A stretch of 64,000 nucleotides of DNA from Candidatus Hydrothermarchaeum profundi (GTDB lineage Archaea; Hydrothermarchaeota; Hydrothermarchaeia; Hydrothermarchaeales; Hydrothermarchaeaceae), in contig MTMF02000009.1 of assembly GCA_002011125.2 (NCBI GenBank), forward strand, positions 1,850,286 through 1,914,285, given 5' to 3'. Under the pieces are notes generated by a model. That model worked only from the letters and a program-made list of their open reading frames with translations, made no database searches and was not told where the DNA came from. A program made the translations under genes and the position numbers. Positions 50,170 through 59,288 of the stretch are shown piece by piece (the stretch's first letter is position 1; each line of letters begins with the position of its first letter).

Positions 50170-50688
50170 ATGAAAAAGATTAGAGGAGGCTTTAAATTAA
50201 AAATCCCATTCAAACTCCCAAGTAGGAAAAAAACATCAGAAGACTTTTGTAGGGAAGGCTATGCTTATATCAATTTATTTCGATACGATGAAGCGGCTAA
50301 TTCATTTAAAAAAGCGTTGGAGATTGAACCCAATAATATAGAGGCCCTTAAGGGTAGGGGTTTGTCTCTTCATATGCTCAAAAAATATTCCGAAGCATTA
50401 GAGATCTTTAATAAAGCTCTAGAAATAGATCCCGATAACGATGTTTTGCTATATAATAGGGGAAGCGCGTTATGCGAGCTTGGGAGATATGAGGAAGCCT
50501 TAAAGGACTTAGAAAGAGCATTAGAGATCAGAGAAAACGCTGGGCCGTGGTTTGGGAAAGCAGCCATCTTGTTTAATATGAAGAGATATGAAGAAGCTCT
50601 AGAGTGCATTGAGAAAGCACTACAACTAGATCCACATTACGTACACGCTAAAGAGCTGCAGGATCAAATTTTAAAGAAACTGGAGTGA
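50170..50688 (+). CDS. TPR-repeat protein
   Basis: Four YxEA...KALEIxP repeats. Confidence 0.9.
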   Translation: MKKIRGGFKLKIPFKLPSRKKTSEDFCREGYAYINLFRYDEAANSFKKALEIEPNNIEALKGRGLSLHMLKKYSEALEIFNKALEIDPDNDVLLYNRGSALCELGRYEEALKDLERALEIRENAGPWFGKAAILFNMKRYEEALECIEKALQLDPHYVHAKELQDQILKKLE

Positions 50689-51038
50689 GATTTATGGTTT
50701 ACTTTACTCAGTATATGGGGATAATCATTGGAGCTATTCTTGGAGCTTGGATATATCAGTCATACGCGATGAAGCTCCTTAGGAAAATTAGGGATGTGGG
50801 AGCAGTAAATTCAAAAAATGCGGTTACTAAAAAGGAAGTTGGATGTGATCGCGGTTTTAAATCTTGGATAATTGATCAATTTATCAGCCAAGGAGCACTT
50901 GTGAAAACACGTAAAAACCGGATATATTTTAATCAGATAGGTTACGAGGAATACGCAAAGAACGTTAGGAAACAAAGGATAATAGGGTTGGTAATACTTG
51001 GAATAATATTTTTCTTAGGGAGAATTGTCAGAAGCTGA
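50685..51038 (+). CDS. Small two-TM hypothetical protein
   Basis: N- and C-terminal TMs; GTGA overlap with the TPR gene. Confidence 0.6.
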   Translation: MRFMVYFTQYMGIIIGAILGAWIYQSYAMKLLRKIRDVGAVNSKNAVTKKEVGCDRGFKSWIIDQFISQGALVKTRKNRIYFNQIGYEEYAKNVRKQRIIGLVILGIIFFLGRIVRS

Positions 51039-51204
51039 ATAGAAAAAGTAGGCCGGGAGGGAGTCCATCTCCCGGCTTCCTAGTCGAAAGAGGTTCGTTG
51101 GAGGAGTCTCCTACAAATAAAATATTGTTTTACATGATAATTAACATAGCGTTAAAATGTGTAGAACAAGAGTTTAAATAAGGGTAGATTATTGAAACAC
51201 TTGT

Positions 51205-53781
51205 CTATGTCCCTATAAAGATTTTTCCTTTTTCAGTTATTTCTAGTATTTTATGCTTACCTCTTTTTATATCTAATATTAAGCCCTTATTTTCAAGCTG
51301 TACCAACTTCTTTTTGAGCGTTGCTCTAGTGATATTGAACTTATTTATCACTTCTGTATGTGTTGGTTTTTTGCCAATTCTATTCTCTTGGTAAATGAAT
51401 TTGAGTATTTCTTTAAGGTCATACGATAAGCTTTCATACTCCTTAAGCTTCAGTTCATGCGTTTCTTCTTCTAATAAGCTTATTTCCTGTGAAGTTAGGG
51501 TTTTAGGATCAATAGAAATGATAAGGATATTCTTGCTAATATAAAACAACTCGTTCAAGCGTTGTATAAAGTTTAATGTTTCCCGGAAACCATTTTGAGT
51601 AATTAAATATTCAAGCCTATCGAGCAATACTGCGCTGTTCCTAGTGAGGAAATCTCTAATTTTAGCTTCAATTAAGTCTACCTGCGGGCGGAGCGTATTT
51701 TCACCATAAGAGTGCTCGCTTAACCAGATCACTGGTCCATCAGGAAATACCTCTTTAAAGCTTTCTGGATGTTTCCTACTGATTATCAACCCCTTATATC
51801 CACATTTGATTAGATCCGAGAATACATCTAGTGTTAATTTTAGTTTTCTTTCCTTGACGAGGTAAATATTGCCCTTCTTGACCTCGTACTTAAGCATTTG
51901 CTCCCTTAAGCTGTCCTCTGCTTTTTTCATTTCTGTTATATCGGTCAAGACAAGTAGAACTCCCGCGTAATCCTCACTTATGAAAAAAGGAGTCGAGCTT
52001 ATTATGACAGGGATCTCTTGTTTTGTCTTGGTAACAAGAAACCCCTCGAACTTTTTCCTTTCTTTCTTGAGGGTAGTATTAATCTCTTTACTCATCTTAT
52101 GTTTATAATCAGGCGAGAAAATTTCGATAAGCTGCCGACCTATTAATTCTTCCTTTGAATAACCCAACATCTCCTCTACTTTGGGATTAGCGTATGTAAT
52201 ATAATCGTCAGAATCAACAACAAGTAGGCCTTCCTGCATGTTCTTTACCATGTTTTCGTTGAATTCCTTTAAAGCCCTAAGTTCCTCTTCAGCCTTTTTA
52301 CGTTCCGTGATGTCTGTTATAAATCCCTCTAAAGCTTCGAGTTCTCCATTTTCATCGAATACTCCTCTTCCCTGCTCCCAGACCCACTTCTCCTCACCAT
52401 TTGCGGTTTTAATCCGGTAAACTAGTCTAAAGGGCTCTTTTTGTTTAAGCGCTTTTTGTATTCCTTTCCATACGATATCTCGATACTCCGGCTCGATAAG
52501 GTCTCCATATGCCACTTTTCTATTAGCGATTAAATCTTCAGGATGATAACCGGTTAATTCAAAGCATCCCTCACTTACAAATTCCATCGTCCATTTTGGA
52601 TCATTAGCACATCGGTAAACCATGCCCGGCAGATTACTCATGAGCGTCATCAATGCTCTCCGGCTTTCTTTTAGTTCTTCTTCAACCTTCTTGCGCTCCG
52701 TTATATCCCTAGCGATCGTTTTTGTCCTAATCAACTCTCCGTTATCATCAAATTCAGCAAAAACATTTAAACTTGCAGTAAATATTGTTCCATCCTTCCT
52801 TACAAACTCCCTCTCAAGGTTAAGAAGATACCCCTTTTCTTTCAATCTAGGGAAATCCTCATGAAAGAGTTTTTGGGAATCATCCGTTAAAAAGTCGGTA
52901 AGCGGCCTACCTATTATCTCCTCCTTTAGGTAGCCAAGCATTCGTGCTTCAGTTTCATTACAATCTATTATTATTCCGTTCTTATCTAATGAATGAAACA
53001 TATCCGGAGCGTTATCATAAAAATCGCGATATTTTTTCTCTGACTCCCTGAGTTCTTCTTCAACTTTCCTACGCTCTTCTTCAATCTTTTCCATTTGACG
53101 CATTATTTTGTGAAGTTCTAAGCTCTTTTCTTCTAGTCTCCTTGAATACTCTCTTAAATCAACTGAATCAAGAACCGTTATTTCCTTGTCGTCAAATAGA
53201 TGCGGCTTAAACATGTTTGGAGAATATCTTCCAGAGACTTTTATAGGCTGTAAAAGGAGGTTTCCATTCATCCGAGTTATTTCAGTAAAGATCTGAGCGG
53301 AGGATTTAACGAGGGATATTGTTTCACTTTTGTGCTTTCCTTTTTCTACAGCAAAATAAGCGATACCTTTTTTAATAGAAAGACGTCTGCATATCTTCTC
53401 AAAAAATTTCCCTATTTGGTCATCATCTATATAGGATTTTAAGGAAGTTATACTATCGAATATATATGAAACACCATTGCCACTTTTCTCAATGAACTCA
53501 ACTAACTTTTTTTCTAAATCGACTTGTGTATTTAAATTTGAAAATTCTACTATCTCGATCTTCCCATTAGATACCTCGCCCAAAGTTTTCTTTAAACTAG
53601 AATCAAAACTTACATAAACCAACTTTTGATTTTGTTCTATACAATATTTAGCAAAAGGTTTTACAAAAATTTCGTAATCCTTAATATCATCTACTTGCCA
53701 TACTAAAGTATCACCCGGATTTATTTTCGAAAATAATTTGTCTAATGAAATTATACCTGTAGAGAGTGTATTATGGGACAT
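51205..53781 (-). CDS. One-component sensor/regulator: degenerate RecA/KaiC-like domain, 3 PAS/PAC, DUF835-like, C-terminal wHTH
   Basis: STGIISLD N-terminus; three DITE.KK.EE PAC ends; VLLDRLEYLITQNGF; RATLKKKLVQLENKGLI. Confidence 0.8.
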   Translation of the reverse strand: MSHNTLSTGIISLDKLFSKINPGDTLVWQVDDIKDYEIFVKPFAKYCIEQNQKLVYVSFDSSLKKTLGEVSNGKIEIVEFSNLNTQVDLEKKLVEFIEKSGNGVSYIFDSITSLKSYIDDDQIGKFFEKICRRLSIKKGIAYFAVEKGKHKSETISLVKSSAQIFTEITRMNGNLLLQPIKVSGRYSPNMFKPHLFDDKEITVLDSVDLREYSRRLEEKSLELHKIMRQMEKIEEERRKVEEELRESEKKYRDFYDNAPDMFHSLDKNGIIIDCNETEARMLGYLKEEIIGRPLTDFLTDDSQKLFHEDFPRLKEKGYLLNLEREFVRKDGTIFTASLNVFAEFDDNGELIRTKTIARDITERKKVEEELKESRRALMTLMSNLPGMVYRCANDPKWTMEFVSEGCFELTGYHPEDLIANRKVAYGDLIEPEYRDIVWKGIQKALKQKEPFRLVYRIKTANGEEKWVWEQGRGVFDENGELEALEGFITDITERKKAEEELRALKEFNENMVKNMQEGLLVVDSDDYITYANPKVEEMLGYSKEELIGRQLIEIFSPDYKHKMSKEINTTLKKERKKFEGFLVTKTKQEIPVIISSTPFFISEDYAGVLLVLTDITEMKKAEDSLREQMLKYEVKKGNIYLVKERKLKLTLDVFSDLIKCGYKGLIISRKHPESFKEVFPDGPVIWLSEHSYGENTLRPQVDLIEAKIRDFLTRNSAVLLDRLEYLITQNGFRETLNFIQRLNELFYISKNILIISIDPKTLTSQEISLLEEETHELKLKEYESLSYDLKEILKFIYQENRIGKKPTHTEVINKFNITRATLKKKLVQLENKGLILDIKRGKHKILEITEKGKIFIGT

Positions 53782-54316
53782 ATCTCGAAAATAATTGTGT
53801 TCCCTTCTTATTGAAAAAGTTTATGGTGTTTAATTAAACATATACTTATCTTATATTGTAATTTTTACCGGGATTAAAATTTAATTAATAATTCTCAAAT
53901 ATCTTAAAAATCATATCTTTGAATAAACTTGTTTTTACGTTATTTAACATAAAACTATCGCTATTATTATAGTCATGTATTATTATTTAGTGAATAGTTT
54001 ATGGAGGATAATGAGGTGAGCCAAGAGGACAAATGCATTCAAAGAAATCCTTATGATGAAGAGTCCTTTTTAACACAGGGGGGACACTTATAGCTGAGTC
54101 TAGTTCAAATAAAAGTATTAAGAAAGAAATTTGTCACATTTTACTATATCTTAGTAGCCCATTTAGGCTATCTAACTACATAGGTCACTCTCGCCAAATA
54201 TCACAATGGCGGAATAGGTCCTACGTGGGCCAAGCGTCCATAAAATGGAAAAGAGTATATACGTCGGTCCAAAAAAATATACAAGACCGATAAGGTTCTA
54301 CTAAGGAGGTGAGGAT

Positions 54317-54439
54317 ATGACGGACAACAGGATCTATAGTCCGGATATAGCAGAAAACATAGTGGCATATATCCTATTTGGATTTTTAATACTGATAGTG
54401 CCACTAATAGAGGTATACAAAGCAATAACGGCGAGTTAA
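54317..54439 (+). CDS. 40-aa single-TM protein
   Basis: Not in track. AAGGAGGTGA SD, then MTDNRIYSPDIAENIVAYILFGFLILIVPLIEVYKAITAS. Confidence 0.65.
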   Translation: MTDNRIYSPDIAENIVAYILFGFLILIVPLIEVYKAITAS

Positions 54440-54441
54440 AG

Positions 54442-54750
54442 GTGGTGGAACTTATGACTACGTCAAAAACAATGGCAGATGGGGGGGGAGAAGAATTTGA
54501 GAAGTTGCTATACTCAGAGCTAGCTAAAAGACTTGGTGTAGTTGAAGAGGAAATAAGAAAGAATAAATCACTAGTAGATATTATACACCCTAGGGACTTT
54601 TACATTTTAGTGGGCTCAATGATGTTCTTCACACTCTGGTTTTCGCTAGCCACAGGACTAACAGTATTCTATGCATTGGGAGCTATAATTATTGTACTCT
54701 TAGCTATTTGGACAATGTATGCTTGGAAAGTAATTGTAAAGGAGGCCTAA
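54442..54750 (+). CDS. Small two-TM membrane protein
   Basis: Two C-terminal TMs; tightly packed with the NCS1 gene. Confidence 0.65.
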   Translation: MVELMTTSKTMADGGGEEFEKLLYSELAKRLGVVEEEIRKNKSLVDIIHPRDFYILVGSMMFFTLWFSLATGLTVFYALGAIIIVLLAIWTMYAWKVIVKEA

Positions 54751-54753
54751 AAA

Positions 54754-56148
54754 ATGGCTGAAGAACAAGAAACAGCTGAAAGAGAAGCTTTGTTTGGTTT
54801 TTTACCTGTGCTGGCACATGAGCGTGTTTATGGTACTTGGGATTATATAGCACTCCAGATCTGTTATGGTATCGCTGCATGGGCATTTCTCGTAGGGAGT
54901 TTTACAGGATATGTCTTACCTGCAAAAGAGGCAGTGCCGGCTATCTTTATTGGTGAAGCACTTCCTCTCGGCATGATGTCCTTTTACGCCATACTATTTG
55001 CAAGGTACGGTGTAGACCAGTTTCTCCTGCCTAGGGCAGCACTAGGGTATCATGGGAACACTTTGCTATTGCTAATATGGATTCCTATCAACTGGGGATG
55101 GATCGCATACGCATCGTTCCTTTTTGGAGAAGCTGTGATTAAGCTCTTACCTGCAATAGGAGCTCCAGTACCTGAGTTCTTTACTACCGAGGTAGGGTAT
55201 GCTTCTGGAGCGACGTTTTGGGCCATAATAGCCTTCATACTAGGATTTATCCCAGCATATTTAGGTCCCCTTGCAGTACGGTGGCTTACTAGGATTGCAG
55301 CTCCTGGAATGACTATTGTTCTATTGGGATTGATTTACTATGTCATCGCAGAATATGGATTATCGAATCTATTCCAGTTGCCGGCGGTAGCTCCATATGA
55401 AGATCCGCTTCTAAATAGAGCGTTCGCTGTAGAGTGGAATGCTGGATTAGGATTCGCATGGGCGTTTTATTATGGCCAATGGTCGAGGATTGCTAAAAGC
55501 GAGACTGCAGCGTTCCATGGCCCATATTGGGGATGGGGCCCCATAATGTGTGTTGCTGTGATCTTTGCGTCGTTCACTATGTTGATAACCGGAGATCTTG
55601 ACCCAACTGCGTGGATGATTCAAGTGGGCGGACCTTCCTGGGGAGTCCTTGGCTTGATTTTAATGGCAGTAGCTAACATAACATCGAATACCCTACTGAT
55701 ATACACACAAGCCATACCAGTTAAATACACTTGGCCAAAAGTAAGTTGGTTTACAGCGGTTGCGACAGCTATCCCTGCGGTAGTATTATTTAACCTTAAA
55801 GTCTTCGAGAATTACAACGTATTTCTAACATTAGTAGGATGTCTTTGGACGGTTTATCCAGCTATACTCTTAGCGGATTTCTATGTTATCAGGCGGGGCA
55901 AGTTTGATCTTAAAGAACTATACTACAAGGGGCCCAAGTACATGTATTGGAGAGGCTTCAACGTAGTTGCAATGTTAATGTTCCCGATTGGATACCTCTT
56001 CTACTTCTCTCTCGTTGATCCTTGGAACGCTACAACTGAGGGAGCCATACTGCCATTCTTCAGGTATACTACTGGACTTATACCGACCTTTGTACTGATA
56101 TTCTTCTTGTATACTGTTATAATGAAAGCGTTGATCAAAGAGCAGTGA
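54754..56148 (+). CDS. NCS1 (purine-cytosine permease) family transporter
   Basis: About 12 TMs, ARYGV...RAALG, WSRIAKS, ANITSN, ADFYVIRRG. Confidence 0.85.
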   Translation: MAEEQETAEREALFGFLPVLAHERVYGTWDYIALQICYGIAAWAFLVGSFTGYVLPAKEAVPAIFIGEALPLGMMSFYAILFARYGVDQFLLPRAALGYHGNTLLLLIWIPINWGWIAYASFLFGEAVIKLLPAIGAPVPEFFTTEVGYASGATFWAIIAFILGFIPAYLGPLAVRWLTRIAAPGMTIVLLGLIYYVIAEYGLSNLFQLPAVAPYEDPLLNRAFAVEWNAGLGFAWAFYYGQWSRIAKSETAAFHGPYWGWGPIMCVAVIFASFTMLITGDLDPTAWMIQVGGPSWGVLGLILMAVANITSNTLLIYTQAIPVKYTWPKVSWFTAVATAIPAVVLFNLKVFENYNVFLTLVGCLWTVYPAILLADFYVIRRGKFDLKELYYKGPKYMYWRGFNVVAMLMFPIGYLFYFSLVDPWNATTEGAILPFFRYTTGLIPTFVLIFFLYTVIMKALIKEQ

Positions 56149-56166
56149 AATACGAGCGGGCCTTTT

Positions 56167-56205
56167 AGGGGAGCGGCTCCTCCCCTCTTTTTATTTTTTT
56201 TAAAT
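56167..56205 (+). terminator. Hairpin plus T tract after the NCS1 gene
   Basis: AGGGGAG-CGGCTC-CTCCCCT followed by CTTTTTATTTTTTTT. Confidence 0.65.
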
Positions 56206-56294
56206 TTATATCTAATTTCTAATATGTCCACTAGCACAGAAGGTTAGTTAAAATAAAACTAGAAATATATGGAAAAAAAGATAGGGAATGGAGG

Positions 56295-56591
56295 ATGTAC
56301 AAGCAAGAATTAATTCACATTCATCAACTACTATTGTACATTATGAAATTTTTAGATGACAGTGGAGTTCCCCGGAGTTATTTCGAGGAATACTTAAAGC
56401 TGAATATTAGTCCCCATCACATCCATAAAACTAAGGCTGATCATAAATACGCTATTTTTTCATTAGCCTACGGGATATCTAAAGCGTTAGCTGATAATAA
56501 TGAAATCGTTCCAATAGGCCTCGCAGAGGGAATGAAAGAACTCGCAGAAAGAAATAAAGAGGAATGTTTACGGATGAAACGATATATTTAA
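56295..56591 (+). CDS. UPF0058 family protein
   Basis: MYKQELIHIHQ...ISPHHIHKTKADHKYAIF. Confidence 0.85.
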   Translation: MYKQELIHIHQLLLYIMKFLDDSGVPRSYFEEYLKLNISPHHIHKTKADHKYAIFSLAYGISKALADNNEIVPIGLAEGMKELAERNKEECLRMKRYI

Positions 56592-56631
56592 CCAATTCTT
56601 TTTTATACTAAAAAACATTTTTTCTCGTGAA

Positions 56632-57183
56632 ATGATATATTTTGTAACAACCAACAAAAACAAATTTATAGAGGCAAAAGAGATTTTCAATAACTTTGGT
56701 CTTAATCTTGAAATTTTGAACATAGAATATAAAGAGATACAGGCAACTACTCTAGAAGAAGTTGTTGTCGAGGCTCTAAACAATATTAGAGAAAAGAATA
56801 TCTTCATCGAAGATGCAGGGTTATTTATCAACAGCCTCAAAGGCTTCCCAGGCGTATACTCTAGGTATGTAGAAGATACGATAGGAAACCAGGGAATTTT
56901 AAAGTTAATGAAGGATGTTAAAGACCGAGATGCGGTATTCAAGTCAGTAGTAGGATATAAAAACAGAGAAATTAAAATATTCGTAGGAGAGGTTGAAGGC
57001 ACTATTGCTCAGGAGATCAGAGGAGAGGGAGGTTTCGGATACGACCCGATCTTTCTTCCAAAAGGTTTTAATAAAACTTTTGCAGAGGATATACATCTAA
57101 AAATGAAGATATCCCACAGAAAAAGAGCACTCGAGAAGCTCGCTAAATATCTAGGAGGATACCATGGCAAGAATACATGCTAG
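56632..57183 (+). CDS. rdgB: Non-canonical purine NTP pyrophosphatase (Ham1/RdgB)
   Basis: [29 protein letters not shown]. Confidence 0.95.
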   Translation: MIYFVTTNKNKFIEAKEIFNNFGLNLEILNIEYKEIQATTLEEVVVEALNNIREKNIFIEDAGLFINSLKGFPGVYSRYVEDTIGNQGILKLMKDVKDRDAVFKSVVGYKNREIKIFVGEVEGTIAQEIRGEGGFGYDPIFLPKGFNKTFAEDIHLKMKISHRKRALEKLAKYLGGYHGKNTC

Positions 57184-57619
57184 AAAGAAAGGTAAGGCTG
57201 GATCTACAAGGCCGTATAGGACATCCCCACCAGAGTGGATAGAATATTCTGCGGAGGAAATTGAAACTCTAGTAGTCAAGCTAGCAAAAAGAGGAGAAAC
57301 TCCCAGTAAAATAGGTGTAATTTTAAGGGACCAATATGGTGTGCCCCTAGTAAAACAGATCACAGGAAAGAGTATTACTAAAATCCTTGAGGAAAAAGGA
57401 ATAAAGCAAGATCTTCCTGAGGACCTTGTGAATTTGATTAAAAAAGCTGTAAACTTAGATAAGCATCTATCTTCAAATCCAAAGGATATGAGTTCTAGAA
57501 GAGGAATGCAACTTATTGAATCTAAAATCAGGCGCTTAGCCAAATATTATAGAAGAACCGGCAAGCTTCCTGAAAACTGGAAGTATGATATAAACCAGGC
57601 GAAACTCGTTGTAAAATAA
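57164..57619 (+). CDS. rps15: 30S ribosomal protein S15 (uS15)
   Basis: [31 protein letters not shown]. Confidence 0.97.
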   Translation: MARIHARKKGKAGSTRPYRTSPPEWIEYSAEEIETLVVKLAKRGETPSKIGVILRDQYGVPLVKQITGKSITKILEEKGIKQDLPEDLVNLIKKAVNLDKHLSSNPKDMSSRRGMQLIESKIRRLAKYYRRTGKLPENWKYDINQAKLVVK

Positions 57620-57631
57620 GAGGCATATCTA

Positions 57632-59056
57632 ATGACTGCTTCTTTTGAGAAGATGCTCGAGGAGTTCAAAAAAGCTGTTGACGATCTTAAGGATCACTAT
57701 AAAGAGAAATCCGTGCGAGTGATTACGCATAATGACGCAGATGGTATCAGTTCTGGAGCTATAGTCCATAAAGCCCTCTTAAGAGAGGGTATAGGGGTGG
57801 TAACTACCTGTGTTAAACAACTTGACGAAAACATATTATCAGACCTCGTAAAAGATGACCCTGAAATTGTCGTATTCACAGATATAGGTAGTGGGCAACT
57901 ACGTGATATATCTTCAAAACTAGGAGGTAACTGCCAAGTAATAATACTTGATCACCATCAGCCGTCAGACTTTTATGTTGAAGAAATCGATCATTTAAAT
58001 CCACATCCTTGGGGAATTGATGGTGCTAGAGAAGTAAGTGGATCTGGAATGACATATTTTTTCGCTAAAGTAATGAACCCAAAAAATATCGATCTTTCTA
58101 CTCTCGCTATCGTAGGAGCTATAGGGGATATTCAAGATGCTGATGGAAGACTAGTTGGCCTAAATGAATTAATAGTGAAGGATGGAGTCACAGCCGGAGT
58201 TTTAAAAGTAGAAAAGGATCTGAGGCTGTTTGGGAGACAGACTAGGCCTTTATATAAGGCATTAGAGTATACTACAGAACCTTTTATACCGGGATTAAGC
58301 GGATCAGAATCATCCTGCATTCAGTTTTTAAGCGACCTAGATATACCTGTTAAAAAAAATGAAGAGTACACTATGCTCGCTGACCTCACTAGAGATGAAA
58401 GAAAAAGACTTGTAACCGCTCTGATACTTAAAATGATTGAACATAAGATTCCTCCAAAAACTGCAGAAAATATTGTTGGTGACGTGTTTACGTTCCTTCA
58501 AGAGGAAAAAAGAACTCCGTTGAGGGATGCTAAAGAGTATGCTACTCTCTTAAATGCCTGTGGTAAAAATGAGGATTTCAGCATTGGTATCGCCGTATGC
58601 TTAGGGGATAGAGGGAATATTTATCATCGATCCTTGGACCTGTTAAGTGACCATAAAAATCATATCTCATCTTGTTTTGAATGGATCTCTGATAATATGA
58701 ACAAAATAAAGGATGGAGGACCAATATACTATTTTCATGCTGAGGGAGAGATTAATGAGAATATCCTTGGAACTGTGACATCTATGGTACTTAATTCTAG
58801 GGTTCTTGAACCTCTAAAACCTGTCATTGGGCTTACCTACACAGATGAAGGAAAAGTAAAAGTTTCTGCGAGAGGTAATAAAGAGCTAATTGAGAGAGGA
58901 TTAAACTTAGGGAAAGCAATGATGCTTTCAGCAGAAAAAGTCGGAGGATCTGGAGGGGGGCATGATATCGCTGCAGGAGCACAAATTGATACGGGTAAGG
59001 AAGGAGAGTTCATTCAAACTGTAGTAGAGATTATTAAGGAGCAGTATGATGGCTAA
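57632..59056 (+). CDS. DHH phosphoesterase, RecJ/GAN-like
   Basis: HNDADG, DHH, GGGH; conserved position after rps15. Confidence 0.9.
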   Translation: MTASFEKMLEEFKKAVDDLKDHYKEKSVRVITHNDADGISSGAIVHKALLREGIGVVTTCVKQLDENILSDLVKDDPEIVVFTDIGSGQLRDISSKLGGNCQVIILDHHQPSDFYVEEIDHLNPHPWGIDGAREVSGSGMTYFFAKVMNPKNIDLSTLAIVGAIGDIQDADGRLVGLNELIVKDGVTAGVLKVEKDLRLFGRQTRPLYKALEYTTEPFIPGLSGSESSCIQFLSDLDIPVKKNEEYTMLADLTRDERKRLVTALILKMIEHKIPPKTAENIVGDVFTFLQEEKRTPLRDAKEYATLLNACGKNEDFSIGIAVCLGDRGNIYHRSLDLLSDHKNHISSCFEWISDNMNKIKDGGPIYYFHAEGEINENILGTVTSMVLNSRVLEPLKPVIGLTYTDEGKVKVSARGNKELIERGLNLGKAMMLSAEKVGGSGGGHDIAAGAQIDTGKEGEFIQTVVEIIKEQYDG

Positions 59057-59288
59057 GGGAAAAATAGAGTTCTATTATGATAATAGTGAAATTGCGGAAA
59101 AGATAGCTTACCTTCTAGAGTTGGACAATAGAATTGCTCCCAATGCTCTCAAAATTAGCACCTCTTGCGAGGGAAATAAAGTTATAACCAGTCTACAGCA
59201 TAATAACTTGGGAACATTTTTCGCTACAATAGACGACCTAGTCTTTTGCGAAAAGCTGATCTCAAATCTTATGGAGGCTGTAAAATGA
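59046..59288 (+). CDS. pcc1: KEOPS subunit Pcc1
   Basis: Size, LELDN and ATIDDL patterns, and conserved rps15-DHH-pcc1-serS context. Confidence 0.75.
   Translation: MMAKGKIEFYYDNSEIAEKIAYLLELDNRIAPNALKISTSCEGNKVITSLQHNNLGTFFATIDDLVFCEKLISNLMEAVK

Noticed and set aside
43806-56200. Genomic island integrated at tRNA-Val carrying adh/usp/sulP/mttCB
   Set aside because: No integrase and no duplicated tRNA 3' end seen
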